DNA from: Bigelowiella natans CCMP2755
Lineage: Eukaryota > Protista > Cercozoa
Reading direction: 5' to 3'
Assembly (NCBI GenBank): GCA_000320545.1
Contig: ADNK01000421.1
Span: 1 to 64,000, forward strand
DNA length: 64,000 nt
Part shown: piece after piece, positions 26,501-42,102 of the stretch
Layout: each line of letters begins with the position of its first letter
How positions within the stretch are numbered: position 1 is the stretch's first letter
Position numbers and translations under genes: made by a program
The notes under the pieces: model-generated
Told to the model about the DNA's origin: nothing
The model's input: the letters and a program-made list of their open reading frames with translations, nothing else
Database searches by the model: none

Positions 26501-28075
26501 CCCTGCCCATCATCTGACCGCTCTTTGCACTACTTGAAGAAGATTCACGTGTCTTCTCGTCTCTGCGTCCGTGCGTCATCGGTTTCGTCTTCATCTTCTT
26601 ATTCTCCTCCCCCCCCCCCCTCCCCAGCTTGTTCCTCTTCGCCTTCTTTCTGTCATTGATGATTATTGTACGAACGACCTCAAACAGAAACTCCGCCCCA
26701 AGAATGGCCACAACCGAGGCCCTTGGTGATTCCGTGATCGGAACGCATGGGGACCTGCCATAGCTACTACTACGTGGTCGTCGTCGCCGTTCTCCTCCTA
26801 CCCCCTGATCATTCTCAATCTTTATCGTTGAGGAGGGGGAGGCGGAGGAGGAGGAGGATGCTGTAGCTGTATTCTTCTTTTTAGTGTCATTGCTACCACT
26901 AGCAATGCTATGATGACCGGCCGGCTGGTATGATGATGATGATGATGATTGTAATAAAGAAGAAGAAGAAGAAGAAGAAGATGATGATGATGACTCTGTT
27001 GCTATTGTCGGAGAGATCCTCTTATTTTCACTACTCGCTCCTCCTCCTCCTCCTCCTCCTCCTCCTCCTCCTCCCCCTCTTCTCACCGAGCTCCTGTTAC
27101 TGCTGCTACTAGCATTGCTAGAGCATGCATTCAATATCGTGTTATCGAATAATATTTGAAGGTTCTCAGGGTCTTGGTAAAGGAGGTTAAGGAGAAGATG
27201 CCTCTCCCTTTTAGCAATTGAAGGATCCACGTCAATAGCTAAAAGAGCAACCTCCATACTCGCCCTGCGTATCGCACCTCCCTCTCTCCTCTCCGCTGAT
27301 GCAGTTCCCGCCCCCATTCCCTGAAGCAATCGGCGAAGAAATCCATCTTCAAACGGCATCCACTTCTCTCTCTTCACCCCTCCCCCCTTACACTCGTCGC
27401 CATCCGTACTACGGCGGCTATGTTGGGGTGGGGGTGAGTGCTGGTCGCCGTCATTCCTCCTGTGGAAACGTGCGAATGAACCGAGGAAAGCCAAGGCTTT
27501 GAGTTTCCGGAGGGGGAGAGAATCGTAACAATGAGGGGTCAGTGCGTCTCTTAACACGTGCAGCACCTGTCAGAATGGGAAACACACATATTCTTCGCTT
27601 TAGGATATGATATATAACACAGCAGAGACACCCGGTGATCGAGGATTTGCTGTCTACTGCCCGGGTACTAAGAGTTTGAGCGAACAGCTGCGAGAAACAG
27701 CACTCAAAGACGTTTTTCGTTGTATATTCACATTATGGAGCCATTATTAGATTTAAAATATAATAATAATGATAATAATAATAATGATGATGATGATGAT
27801 GATGATACCTGCGCTGCTTGATTCTGAACCCCACCATCATCATCGTCTTTCTCTCCGCTCTTATTACATCTTGCAGCCCCCCCCCCGGAGGCAAAAGCGT
27901 ATCTTGATGCAAAGCTGAGCCAGTAGGTGATGATGAAGGCGTCGTAGGGTCTTCCTGACAACACTGCTTTGTGCTGAAGAGAGTTGGCAAGCTGCTTTAT
28001 TTCGATCAAACGTTCGGTGTCATTAAACAGTGCTAGTGCTGCTGGCTGTGTAGAAATAACCATTCTTCTTTCCCT

Positions 28076-28106
<31 letters not shown>

Positions 28107-28109
28107 GAC

Positions 28110-28140
<31 letters not shown>

Positions 28141-30394
28141 CGTGGCTGCTTTCACCACTGTCATCGCTGTCTCGTTGCGAAATGGTTATCGATGTCGCGG
28201 AGCTCTCTTTGGGAACGAAGAACATCAACCTCATGCTCATATCAAATCCAACAGCATCTTGCCTTTGATTGCAAACACACACGCACACAGGAGGAGATGC
28301 AGAAATATACAGTACAAGATACACACATAAATAGGGAAATTAGGCAACAACGATGACGACACTATAACAGAGAACCATGATCTTCAAACGAATGAGGGAA
28401 TCAGTGGTAATTATAGTAATAATAATGATGATGATGATGATGATGATAGTGGTTTTGAATCTGCAAAGCAGTTGGTGGGATCTACTCGCTGCATTTCTTT
28501 TACGATTAACTCTCATCAGTACATATCAAGTAACCCCTCCCCCCCCCTCCTCTCATTTTAATGCATCTTTACTTTCGGCTCAATCTCCTCGCTTCGTTCT
28601 TGATGAGAGGCGCTAAGAGCCGCTTGCTAATATCGCTCCTATAACCGCCAATACCAGCAGAGGTTGACGACGATGACGATGTTGGCGAAGATAATGAGCG
28701 AGATGGTGAGGATACGGACAGTTTGTAGTGATTTGATGCTATGCCCGGCGAACTTTTAAATCCTCCTGCCGCCCCCCCCTTGGAAGCGTCAATCGGTCTA
28801 ATATTGCCTGAAACTGTGCAAGCTGTTGTGGCATCTACAGCAAGAAGCAATGGGGTGATAATGGAGAGGACTTGTGCGCGACCTGTCGCCGCAACACACA
28901 AGAACAACAAGAGAGAGAATAGTCATAATAATAATAATAATAATTATTATTATTATTATTATAATAGACAGCAGCATCGAGAAGTAGGAAGGTGAATGGA
29001 CTTCCAACAAATTGGACGAAATGCTGTATATGTCTAATACGGTAGACGTGGATGATTTTGCTGTTTAGCAGTGATATAGAAAATGAATGTGACGTCGGGT
29101 TTCATTTGATTCCATTGATGATTTATTGAAACACGCGAAAATATGGCTGCTGATTGATTGGCTGCTGTGATAGATACTCTCACTGTGAAGTCGCAAACGT
29201 GAAAATGACAGCATTTGAAAAACAAAAATGGCATGCGCTGAAACATCTTGCCAGTCTCTCTGAGCAGCATCAGTGGTTTTTGCTATAATCTCGTTATAAA
29301 TAATATAGTAAAAACTCACATTAATTCCTCATTCTCTACTACCACTACCACTACTGCAGCTTCTCCTACAGCTACTAACATTTCGCTACTACTGCTTCTT
29401 CTCACTAACCCCATCCTGAGATCTTCTGCACGCCCTGAACGATGATGTACTTGAGAACCTTCCTTAGTTTATTTCTTCTGAGTCCGATGACCACCGACGA
29501 CGAAGAGGATGATGATGATGATGATGATGATGATGGCGATGACGATGATGACGATGATGATGACGATGATGATGATGATGCTGGTGGTATTGTGGTTGCG
29601 ATAGTTGTCGTAGTATTTTTATCAGCATTGGTATTAATGCTGTTTGAGAGCAGGAGATACGAATGCACGAAGTCGGGTGCTGGAAATGGCAAGGGTAGAG
29701 GCACGTCGAGTTCCTGGTTGCCATCATCATCTAACGCTGGTGCCTCTGCTGACGACGATGATGATGATGACGATGATGCTGTTGTTGCTGCTGCTGCAGC
29801 AGCTTCCTCGCGCATAGCAGCATTGACACATTCACTCGGTATGGTAAATCTCCAGGCTGATTATGTGCACCGTCCGCAACAATGATCGAATATCAATGAT
29901 ACGGGGAGGATGATGACGATGATGGCGGCGAGTTCTCCTCTCTTCATGATGGTAAGAATCGTGCTATTTGACGAAAGTGCGGTCTATCTAGCTGTAACTA
30001 ACACTTCTCCATGGCCTCATATGCGACGATGCGACATTTGTACCTGCGTTTGATGATTTGCTGTTCTTCTTCTTCTTCTCCCAGCTGGTAGAGGCTCGAG
30101 GAGAAGCGCTGGGGCTTGACACGAGGGCATTAGTTGTACTAGACGATTGGCGTTCGTGGAGACTTCTGCTGCCCCCACCCGTTTGACTTCGGAACGGGGA
30201 GCGCACTGAGAACATAGACTGGGAAACAATAGTCAAAACAGGTAGATTCAAACGAAAGAAGAACTGCAGGATGATGGCGACGTGCGTGATACTATCATCA
30301 CAGCAGGGTAGTTGCAGGATGGACCGACGAAGATGATTACAACATTTCGAGTTGAAAAAGAAGGGCTTTTCAAACGGCCATAACCGCAAAGTCA

Positions 30395-30430
<36 letters not shown>

Positions 30431-30940
30431 CAAAACTACTGTTATTATTACTACCACTTCTACTGCTACTACTACTACTACTACTACCGTTCTGAATGGC
30501 TCAAATACTGACTGTGCGGGGTTGCGAGTTCTCATCGTATGGCCTTGTTGGAAGATAAACCGATTATTGCGTAAATTACTTTTAAGATTTGTACTTCAAA
30601 CGTTGATTATACTGAAAGGACGCAGGTGTATTTCGACTCTCATCACGTTGCAGCAAAGGAAAAAAGCATCTGTGTTTTCAAAGGAATCGGTGTTGTCTTC
30701 TTCTTCTTCTTCTTCTTCTTCTTCTTCTTCTTCTTCTTCTTCTTCTTCTTCTTCTCCTGCTTCCTCTCCCTTGGCTATTGTTTGTATATTGCACATTGTA
30801 CGACATCAACTTTCCTACCGGGCTGCTGACCAGCTCCTCCTTTAAATAGTGAAGAAGAAGAAGAAGATGATGATGAACCCCTTTCGGCCAACCCTATATA
30901 TTCAAAACACATATCATCCACATGCTTTTCTATCGCTACT

Positions 30941-30985
<45 letters not shown>

Positions 30986-31456
30986 GAAATAGAGAGAGAT
31001 TGCATCTTTATAGAAAAAAGGCGCTGCGGCTACTAATTATTTTTACAAGGCGAAAACCAACAACATTTCTAATAAATTTTGCCGGCAGCATTGTAAATTA
31101 GTAGCCGTGCCGCATGACAACTAATATCGATGTTTATCATCGATGTTTTTCGCTCAACCCGAGTAATGAGTCATTTACAACAGTGCTCTCGAAAGCTGCT
31201 TATTACAATCAATGTGTGCGAAGAACATAATAATAACACGATAACTGCTACTACTACTACTACTACTACTACTACTGCTGCTACTACCGCTATTCTCTGC
31301 AATGCCTCCTCCTCCTCCTCCTCCTCCTCCGCCTCTCGAGCCTTATAATAGTTGAAGATTATAATGAGATGAACTTAATAGGGAATCAATGTGATTCAGT
31401 AATACGACGTACACGCAAAACCACATATTAGGTCGATGGTGTCACCTATAATCCTC

Positions 31457-31497
<41 letters not shown>

Positions 31498-31613
31498 TTC
31501 TTTATTGTATTGTGTTTGTTTGGTTGGTTGGTTCTCAACCGTTGGTATCTGAAAGGCTTTTCCGATGATGACTTCCTGTCTTATTGCCCTTGGAATTAGC
31601 GTCCAACTACTCG

Positions 31614-31682
<69 letters not shown>

Positions 31683-32105
31683 GGATTTAAATCTCCCTAT
31701 TGACGATGACATCAAGCGCGTATGAATGCTCATTTTTGTACACTTATCGTCGGCTTGTATGACAAGACTTTCGATCAGCGATGTTGGTAATACAGCATCT
31801 TCTACGAACAGCACCCTGGCAAGTGCCTGGCCTCTTTCTTTCAAAGCGTTGATATATAAAGCATTGGAAATGACGGTAGCAAAGAGCAGAAGATATCCTT
31901 GGCCTTCGTGTTTTCTTCTGTGTGAGAGAGATCTCTCGCACAGGTCAAACAAGAGCATCGGCATTGGTAATGGCGACAGCTCATCCTGATGCATCATCGA
32001 TGTCAAAGATCGTTCAAAGAGTCAACGATAATGTTGGTGGGGGAGGGGAACCTTAACACAGTGATTCAAAATCGTATCATGACTGCAGCGAAACAATAGT
32101 TTTAC

Positions 32106-32143
<38 letters not shown>

Positions 32144-32875
32144 TTTTGTTTATATTTTCTGTTACACAATCATTGGCAACCTTTCCTATTGAAAGCAGCT
32201 ACCACATCGTCTCACCATCTCGCGAAATCATCATCATCATCATCATTATTTCATCATTTTTTGATGATTAGTGCGACTAATCGTCCGTCATTGTTCTCTT
32301 GACTACCAATACATCAAACACGAGGTGCTGCAAAAGGCCTGGGTACGATGTCTAAACACATAACAGAAGGACTCAAACAATATGATATGTGCTATGATAG
32401 AAGAAGAAGAAGAAGAAGAAGAAGAAGAAGAGTGCAAAATACATGCACACTATCATTCATTAGTGAAATAGACCGACCTCAAGTTCCAATAGGCACTCCG
32501 CAGCAATTCTCTTAATCTCGGGCGAGATCTTCTTAAACGCCTTCACATCAAAAAACCCGCTTTCCAAAGACGATGATCTACCAGTGTTATCCCCGCTCTT
32601 GCCCCCATATCCAATATGGCCTGTTGGTTGAAATGGCCAACAACGCATTGATTTGTAGATTTTACAAATAGAAAAAAACACCCAACGGTGGCAGTTGCTA
32701 TCGCCTAACTATCAGCGGGGTTCAGCCGAGTTATGGGAAAGAACTTCGTTGTCGCTTATTCGCAAAACCGTATATTATTGTGCTCCTACTTGCATCAGAT
32801 GATGACCCTTTGTTAATGACCGAAGCGTTGCTTTTGCTTCTTCGCTCTTTCGCATAACGCTTTCTTCCTGCACAA

Positions 32876-32911
<36 letters not shown>

Positions 32912-33815
32912 ACGCTACAACAGCAGCTTTTATATTTTGTTGTTCTGCTGTCGTTCATTGTCCCGCCCTCAAGGGAAGATAGGTGGCGATTGCAGGGACT
33001 TCACTATAAACAGTGTTCGTCTTTCACTGTTGATACACATGTTTGCGGAAGAGTAGTTTCTCGCATATTGTTAAAGAGGAAATTCTTACGTAATGAGCTG
33101 CTGTCATCGTCGTCATCGTTCTGGGATGGCATCATGCCTTTGAGAAACCCTAAGAGTAGCTCCACGTACCCTATATTTTGTCCACCGGAGAATAATATTT
33201 ATAACGATGATGACAACGACGACGACGATGATGATGATGATGATGATGATGATCATGATGGCTACTGCTCATAACAAAACACCATGCAACTTCTAGTAGC
33301 ACGCATCCGACTAAAAGACCTAACAGAGCAGTGCCATCTTCGATGTGTACTGCTCGCATCAGCCGGCATTCGTCCATTTGCTTGTTGTTACCTTCTAGCA
33401 TATCCGGGTGGCGCGTAATCGCATTTCGTTCAATGAGCAGAGTAACCATCGCCACGAGTAGCTACACATCATCGTTATTTGTCAAATCTTGTTAGTGACA
33501 GGATACCCATTGAAATTCGTGGAATCGATGATTATACAAACACAAAGAAACTATTTTGCAAAGAATCTTCTGATTAGTCTGATGAGATGATTATTTCTAA
33601 CTGACTTGCGACACAACAGCATCTGGCAATTTATGCTTTCGTTCAATGAGTTGTCCGAAGACTTGCCAGCAACGATATCTGCGGGGCAGGGGGGGGGGGG
33701 GTAGTAGAATGAAGAAACGCGGCAGGTTATCTTGTTTGTCCATTAATAAAAGGAGGAGGGACAAAATACTAGTCAACAATATCGTTGAAAGGCACTATGA
33801 TATGATGCAATTCAC

Positions 33816-33850
<35 letters not shown>

Positions 33851-34714
33851 CCAAGCTATTTTGCAAGTACACACAAAGAATCTTACGGATAACAACAATA
33901 AACTATTCTGCAATCAAGACACATCTTGGAGCTGCTATATTACGTTGAGGCGTTGTCCCTCACAAGGTCTGGAATGTTTTCCGCCAAAAATGTAATTAGA
34001 TTTATCAAAACCACGGGCTCCGACTGATAGAAGAGGAAACGAATTTTTAATGAAGAATCGGCACAAAGACTAGAAATACCCAATTTCGTAGCACGTCTTT
34101 GGATTTCATATTCCAACATATTCTTCGTTATGTCTGTGCGTCTGTGAGAGCGGACGTGTGTGTTGTATGTGTATGCTTATCGCATTTTTTTGTATAATCT
34201 TTCTCCCTCAATGTCGTGCATTGCGTGTTCTTTTGCTGCTTTTTATCATCCTGGCCCGTAGTAACAGCGCAGCGCGTGCATGTGTATGTATTAATGTGCA
34301 AACGATTGATTGTACAAATGGTGGGTTGGTAACCGTGCAGAGGATGATGGAGAGGATTTCGTGCAGATACCTGTTTTAAACGAACGCCATATGTAAACTT
34401 AGTCTACGTGACATTAGTGCGTATCCACATTCAATTCACAATCATTTGTACGCTCGAACTGTTCTGTGAGGGGTGAGTAATTAGTACTGGTTGCGAGTTC
34501 TTAGCCCACGAATCTCCGCTGCAAGCTGCTCTGACCATCGAAAGGCAGCGGCAATGGTGTACACCTGCAGCACCTGATAGACACGGAGCAAAGACGCAAC
34601 ATGAACGACCCATGAAGGAATGGGCGCCTCCCTAGGGATAAAAGAATATAATACAAACACTGCAACCTCTGATTCCTGCCGATCAGTCATCGTTTGGATG
34701 CGGCCAGGCGGCAA
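23541..34714 (-). CDS. AP5B1: AP-5 adaptor complex subunit beta-1; 5' boundary approximate
   Basis: DTDVRDRAGMYFGLL adaptin motif, PRFPAPSSFRTTILFNDEAGNTCRGSLEPLSIKFADLLLP, ESVKLL, and terminal FLPPR|YHLLMKFRVGETSTLVRMRTD...DD* (stop at 23541). Upstream exon RIAAECLLELE. Confidence 0.85.
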
Positions 34715-34959
34715 TGAGAATACTCGAGGAGGAGGGAGGAGGACATCTGAAGTAATCTTGATCTCTGTACGACAAAGAAAAAGTAGGAAAATGCGGTGCT
34801 ATTTTATCATGCGACAAACCGAAATTCATGTCGCATCCATGGGTTATCAGGCCGTATCCTGGACGACACGAAGTTTCTCCCGGAATGTTATCGATGTGTA
34901 TAAACTTAGGGGATTTTAGTTAATTATCGCATTTTTATGATGTCGCTCGGTAAAAATAG

Positions 34960-35470
34960 CGGAATTGCATGCATCGCTTCCGGCCAGCAGGGTTGTTGCC
35001 TTTAACTGCTTGTTTGCTAGCTTGTTTGGCTCAACAAATGACAATGTTGTTCTCAGTGGATAGCAACATGCTGTGCACCCAGGCCGTGCATCTTCCAGAC
35101 CTGCGCGTGCGTTCGCGATTGCATGGTTGTTGTGTGGTGTGGACGCATTCCATCCGCCCCATTTGGCTTGTTTGTTTGGCCATCTTCGCATGACGTGCTA
35201 GCCTGCGCATGCTGTGTTGCCTGTGAATCTGGACATGCCATGTGAACAGCCAGCACTCCACATTGCAGCTAGGTCATCGTGTTCTGTGTTGAGATGTCCA
35301 GATCATGCCATGCTAGCATGCTGCATCCATGCAAATTATTGCACAGCAGTCTAGCAATGCTAGAATGCCTAATCATGCAAGTCTGTCGTGAATCTCTTCT
35401 GGTCTTCAAGCCAACCTTTTTTTTGTGGTGGCACGTCATTAAATCACTCTCCACGGAATCGGTCATGTGA
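34960..35470. repeat. Intergenic TA-depleted, CTAG-footprint domain
   Basis: Footprints at 35313 and 35360, decayed tctt-CTGG-tctt at 35399, few non-CTAG TA dinucleotides. Confidence 0.8.
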
Positions 35471-35575
35471 TCACGTATAGTACGGTTTTACGAAGCAATG
35501 ATCATAGCTACATGTTTGATTCATGCCTGCTAATGTTCGGCGCCTCCAGCCGTGGACATTACAGGGCGGAGGGCA

Positions 35576-36967
35576 TCAAGCTATTGTGCTAGAATTAGAA
35601 ACAAAAACATACGTGCCCCGGTCGCACAATTCGGCATCGTCCCCGCCTCCATCATTAGCATTTCCTTCACCGACGTTTATTCCGGCAACCATGCGCTGGG
35701 CCCTTTGCTCCCCAACGATCCTCGCAAGGCTGAGAACGTCGTATTTGGTGTAAAGAATTGCGCACATGTTATCACTCCAAGCCGCTGATGACGCCGAAAT
35801 TGAAGTGTCGAGCAGTCCTAGAAGACGACGTATTGAGATATGTAATTTAGTGGGGGTATTCGTGATTATTAGGAAGTGAAAAGCTGCACAGGTTTGCAAA
35901 CATGTGATGGGAAGTTAGTCACCTCCCCCGGTAGGCTGTAAAAGGTTTAACACTTCGTAGTAAAAATCGCAATGCTCAGGGGGTGCATAGAAGATGCAAT
36001 GGTGCGCTCCTAATGTCACAAACACCAAGAGGATAAAATTAGTTTGCTAGCGGTTCTCGTCCTGTGATTGCAAAGGAAACACAGAATACTATGCGTACGA
36101 ATGCTGTTGCTGTTGTTGTTGTTGATGTTATTGTTGATGATGTTGTTGTGCAATGATAGTGAGCTAGCGGGACAAAGTTATCGCTGCCCCCCCCTCCATC
36201 CCCTCTACTTTCTCCTTGCCAATAGATATTCGCAAAATCGAGACGTATGAGGTAGTACACCATATGGCTACATTAAATACGTTTATCCATACCCCTGATT
36301 CGGTATCGTTTGAAGAAATAAAATCGTTCGGTCATCAGTAAGTATTGGACCTGAGAGGAGTGTAGTGAGCAATGGATGAATGACGAGCACATTTTCTGCT
36401 GTGTCGCCGTACGGAATCACTCGAAACTTAATATATACTTTTCCAACAATTAACGACAAGACTTGATGCTCCTCAATCGCATCATCATCATCAGCATCAT
36501 CATCATCGTCATCGTCATTGTCATCGTCGCACAGCTCATACGTCGCCTTGAAAGAACAGTTGTCGCGCTCGAGAGATTTCGCGATCCTGCGTGTACCTGT
36601 TGGGGAGGCAAACTACTGGTTAGCAACCAGGGCTACAAAACGATTGTTGATCAAATCCTGTACGACGATTATCTAGGAGAAAATTGCAGGCGAACAAACA
36701 CAAAGATCGCACCGATAAAAACGTGTAAGTTACTAAGATCACATACGGCAGCAAATCAGTGGTGAAGTAGTATTCTGCCAGCTAGGAGAAGAATAACACA
36801 TTTCATAGATGAGCTGATATCGATGACTAATGTATGAATGTACTCGCAACAATTCGCGAAAGACATATGGTTCCGTTTCATGTAGTTTCGAACGCGTACA
36901 AAATCCAGATACCTAGGTATTATGAGGGGGAGGGAGAGAGACGCGCCCGCTCTTAAACGTATGTACG

Positions 36968-37010
<43 letters not shown>

Positions 37011-37105
37011 AAATTAACATTGAGATCATCGTAGTTTTGCCAAGTTTTGGACGCAAACTGAAAGCACCGATGACATTTCCCATACTCGCACAACACAAGA
37101 AAGAT

Positions 37106-37138
<33 letters not shown>

Positions 37139-38798
37139 GAATGTGGCTTCTTCTTCATCTGCTGATTCCCATCTCTCCCACTTCCAATAATATACTCAAT
37201 CCAAATCTCTGAACTTCCCATTCAGGGTATTGTTCAAAGTCTTTCTTCCTCGAAAATCATACACAAAGAAACATCGATGATTGCCTCCTGTAGGGCCATA
37301 TACCCCCGCAAAAATCAATCATCGACGTTGTCTACACCGCCAAAGAAATCGTGTAAAGGACCGCCTCTTATGAGGATGAGCCGCAAATTGCTTTGATCAT
37401 CTTTTTTGTGCAGTGTAAAGGTGTGGTAGTAGTATTCGTCGTACGAGGGGATGAAAACAAGACAACGCCCCGTTTCTCCAACAACTGAGTCCACCTATTC
37501 ATGAAAGACGGTGGGATGGCAGCAGTTTTGTCATGGATTGGCGAATCGAAAGCAGCCTCCTGGTGATGAGGAAAAGAAGAAATCTGTGTGTCTCCCACCT
37601 ACCTTTGGAAGTATATTATCGATGAAATATTCGAAGCGAGCATCGTAGCTTTGCGCCAGGCTTGTGCACGTTACTTGTTGGTAGATTTGCCGCATAGGCT
37701 GAACCACCCTGACCACGACGACGATAAAGTGATGATGATGAAGAAGAAAACAAAGATGATGGATACAACGGTGATGATGGTATTTGTAGAATATAGCACT
37801 AGTAGTTGTAATAGGTCAAAAAACGCTCCAACAATTACCTTGAAATCGTCCCACTCATTCGTTTGGGCCTGATTTTTATCCTACCCCCCTTGGCATTGCA
37901 TAGCTTGTTTCGCGATGAAAACAACGCAGAGATATCCAAGTTCATGTGTCGCGAGAGTATGATTGTCTGGTGAATAATATATACGGAAGAAAGAGAGGAG
38001 GGGGGGGGGGGGGGGGGGGGGAAGGGGAAAAAAAAAAAAACTAAAAAATTTTTCCAATAAAAAAAATTGGGTTTAAAAGAATTTTTTTTTAAAGCCCCTG
38101 GGAACTCCCCCTAAAAAAATTGGGGGCCCTTTAAATGTTGTGGAAGTGGGGACCAACATCAACAACCACAACATCATCATCCTCCTCCCATGGGGAAAGC
38201 GGCGGCTTCCTTTTCCAAATCCCAAAAGGGGGGAGCCACAGCCCCGCCCCATTAGTAGTATCCCAGCGCTCGTTTCTAGTTTTTTTGCTCCTTTTCGCAG
38301 ATATCATTTATTCCCGAAGAGGTAGGAAGGGACTGGGCAGTTGCGTAATCATCATTTGAGCAGCACCTGGCGGAAGAACTTCGCTTGATCGTTGAGATTC
38401 CATTCTCGTATCTAGGATTTTTGACCAACAATTACGTCAAAACTACAAACGCTAAGTCGCCTATTCGTTCATCAGGCTATGGTGATGGAAATCCTCGATC
38501 GAAAATGTGTAACTTTTCATGAGAGGAGAGAGAGAGCTCTTCTGTATCATCAAGGGAATGTTGGCCTGTGTTTTGGTGTGGTCTCTATTTCATATACAGT
38601 CAGCATCAAACAGGGAACCCCCCCCCCTCCCCCTCCCCACAGTCCTGGTTTCGTTCCTACCCTAGAAAAATCTGTTTCCCTGAGCTTAAAAGGCTTTCGA
38701 TTGAGGTATCCGAACACTGTCTTGAGGTGCTGTAACAATGAACAACCAATAACTTCTGATGATAATGATAATTATGATACCGCACTCTCGTCTGCTCC

Positions 38799-38843
<45 letters not shown>

Positions 38844-39014
38844 TAGCGAAAAGCCCAGCTACTATTCCTCCTCCCTAGACAGGTCACATTAATTATGAGA
38901 TCATCTTTGGAATAGAGTGAATCACCTCCCAGTTTTGCATGGAGAAGATGTGTGCGCAATCCAATGCCGTTATCTACGTTGATTCGACACATTATAATTC
39001 TATAATGATTATGG

Positions 39015-39048
<34 letters not shown>

Positions 39049-39715
39049 AATAATCTTAGAGTTTCTCGAGACCATGTTCCCTGCTACGAGCATATGTATG
39101 AACGAAGATTCTATAGTGCTATTCCATCGGTAGTAAAAGTCTCAAATGATTGAAGAAACACTAGCAGAAAAGGAAAAACAAAATCTTTCTATCACCTCAA
39201 TTGAAGACAGAAAGTCATAATCGCTTTTCTTTGATTGGGCAGCCTCTAACGGCCCTGAGCAACGTCAAAAGGTGTTACAGATGCACAATCACACGGACAA
39301 TCCATTGTTATTTTCCCTCACGGTGCTACTTGAAACAACACGAGATAAATGAATAGAGAGAAAAGAAATTTGGTTGACTTTTTCCTTAAATTCTTTGCAA
39401 TGATTCACTATCATACTACAAATATACAATCTTCTTCTTCTCCTTGGCACATTAAAAAAGAAAAATGTGTAAAAGCACACAAACACACACACACACACAC
39501 GCGCGCGCGCACACCACACAAATCATCTTATACAACGATACGCAAGGAGTAAAGTACAACATGACAATGTTTTCTGAGCAGCAGCGAATAATACTACCCA
39601 CGATCGTTCGTATTCCAAGAGGTGATGCGACGATAATGTCGGAATTGTAAAAATCCGAAAAAAACTTGACAGACCCCCTGAGTATTAAAGCAAATATATT
39701 AGTCTTAATATATCA

Positions 39716-39773
<58 letters not shown>

Positions 39774-39993
39774 TGTGTGTGTTGCATATAAATTCGAATT
39801 ACCGATTAAGTGAGATCCCAATACGAAAGGCGTCATCCTAATCCACCATTATCATCATCTTAATCATAACATCTTAATCATTGGAGCAGCCCTTGTCACA
39901 ATCATATGCATCATCGTTGCGGCATTAGCCACTCTTCCATACTTTGTTTCCTTTGAATGTATCTGCCCAGTCCATTCCCTAGATTATAATCAC

Positions 39994-40025
<32 letters not shown>

Positions 40026-40771
40026 GGATACTACTGCTATGCATGCTGCTAGAGTAGCAATTTTGTATATTTCCACCACCTTTTTCGGGTCGCATTTTTC
40101 ATCGGGATCTGGACCGTATTCTTCCTTCATTCTCTTGCGATTATGCACCTATAAAACATTAACCCTCAATAATATCTACCTATTGACAGCACAAGACGAT
40201 GGACTCTTACTACAACTACCCTCGACGTTATCCAAACAATGATATTTATCATACTTTAAAGTTGTAATACCTATGCGCGGTGCACTACACCTACTACTAC
40301 TACAACTATGTTCATTTCTTCTATTTCTTCTTTATCTTCTTCTTCTTCTTCTTCTTTAGTTACTTGTTTCTTCTGTGAGTCTGGCATGAGCCTCAGTAGC
40401 ATCGTCATTAGCTCATAGGCAGCATTACGAAACGGAGCGAGCAGCAGCACCCTCGGCCTGGAACGCATCAACAACAATCACCATTTAGTGAAACAACTTC
40501 GTTTTGTTGTGCAGTAGCAACGGTGCAGATTGTCTCTTGCCTGTATTACCGTGTAAAACCTTGGTCTTTGCACTCAGGAAGCTCAAATTCTTCTCCTTGG
40601 TGAACGTCTACTCCTCGTCGCCGTCTCTTACCTTGCTTTCTCTTTGCCTTTATCTTCTTCTTGCTGTTACCCGTCTCCTCCTCCCCCCCCTCCTCCCTCC
40701 TCTCATTTTCGCCTTTGTGCTTTTGTTGTGCGACGCCTCCTCCTCTTCCTCCCTTTTTATCCTACGATGGC

Positions 40772-40810
<39 letters not shown>

Positions 40811-41450
40811 TTGGTGGGGGGGGGGATCAACGATTCAAAACCACATTATTCAAAATCACATTATGATGCAATATTCACATTATGACGCGTTCCAACCCGC
40901 GGGAGGGGGGCGACAGGGGAGTCTTACAACAGAAAGAAGCAGCAACGTCATCACCATCGGTGTACTTACTACTTGAGTAGCAAATATTAAGATTTAGATA
41001 GCACCCTTCTCTTTGCATCCTCGAGCGCCTCCTGATCATCAAGTTCCTGCTGTTTTCTTTTTATGCGGACATTGACCTCGCGAATACTCTTGGCGTTCTT
41101 CGTCACAACAGCACGCGCTTTAAGCAGGTGATTGCATATATGAAGTATCAGCCTAATCCGATGAGGAGGGGGAGAAGGGGATGATGATAGAGTGGTAAAT
41201 CAGAGAGTGGGCAGTGGCATCAGAAGCTGGCTAAAAATAGCATGGCTAAATTGCATGTCGATCCGTGTTTCCGAAGCAAGCATATAGCCTTCCTTTCTTT
41301 ACTGCAACGGTGAAGAATTAATCTACCGCAGCCAATGAAGTGGAGAAAATGCAATGTGCTGCTTGCTGCAAGCAACCTCCTTATTTTTCAAGCAAACGAC
41401 GAGAAACCATGCGTGCGCACAATAGCCCTTCAAACGTACGAAAACGATCA

Positions 41451-41547
<97 letters not shown>

Positions 41548-42003
41548 TTGTCGGCAAATGCGCTTCTTGTCTGGGGTTTCTCCAGCGTACCACACATCCC
41601 TTACATTAAGTCCGATGAGCGATGATGATGATGATGACAATAAACGATGGCAACGACACTTCTATGATGTAATAATAATCGGACGCTGATGATTATGACG
41701 GTAATGATAACGAAGAAATACATATGAGAATTATTAAGCTTAGCCAACATGAAGTTTTAATTCGATGTGAGTAGTGACGTCTGTCAATACCAATATTCAT
41801 TCATATAGGGAAACACGCCGCGTTGTATCGGCCCTTGTAGTGCTTGTGTACTTTCTCTCAAACCGTCCTTAAATAGACAACACACAGAGAATGAGCCAGT
41901 TAATAATGCATGATGCTGGCGAAAACATCGATTTCTATTTTAGAATGTAAATTTGCACACACATGTACTATACCCTTGCATGTGTATACCTCTATGTGCG
42001 TAC

Positions 42004-42046
<43 letters not shown>

Positions 42047-42061
42047 ACTCATATACAAATA

Positions 42062-42102
<41 letters not shown>

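Noticed and set aside
37995-38310. Homopolymer-rich segment inside UTP25 with an apparent stop in an exon-like part
   Set aside because: It follows a long poly-G and shows inflated homopolymers, so it looks like low-quality base calls rather than biology.
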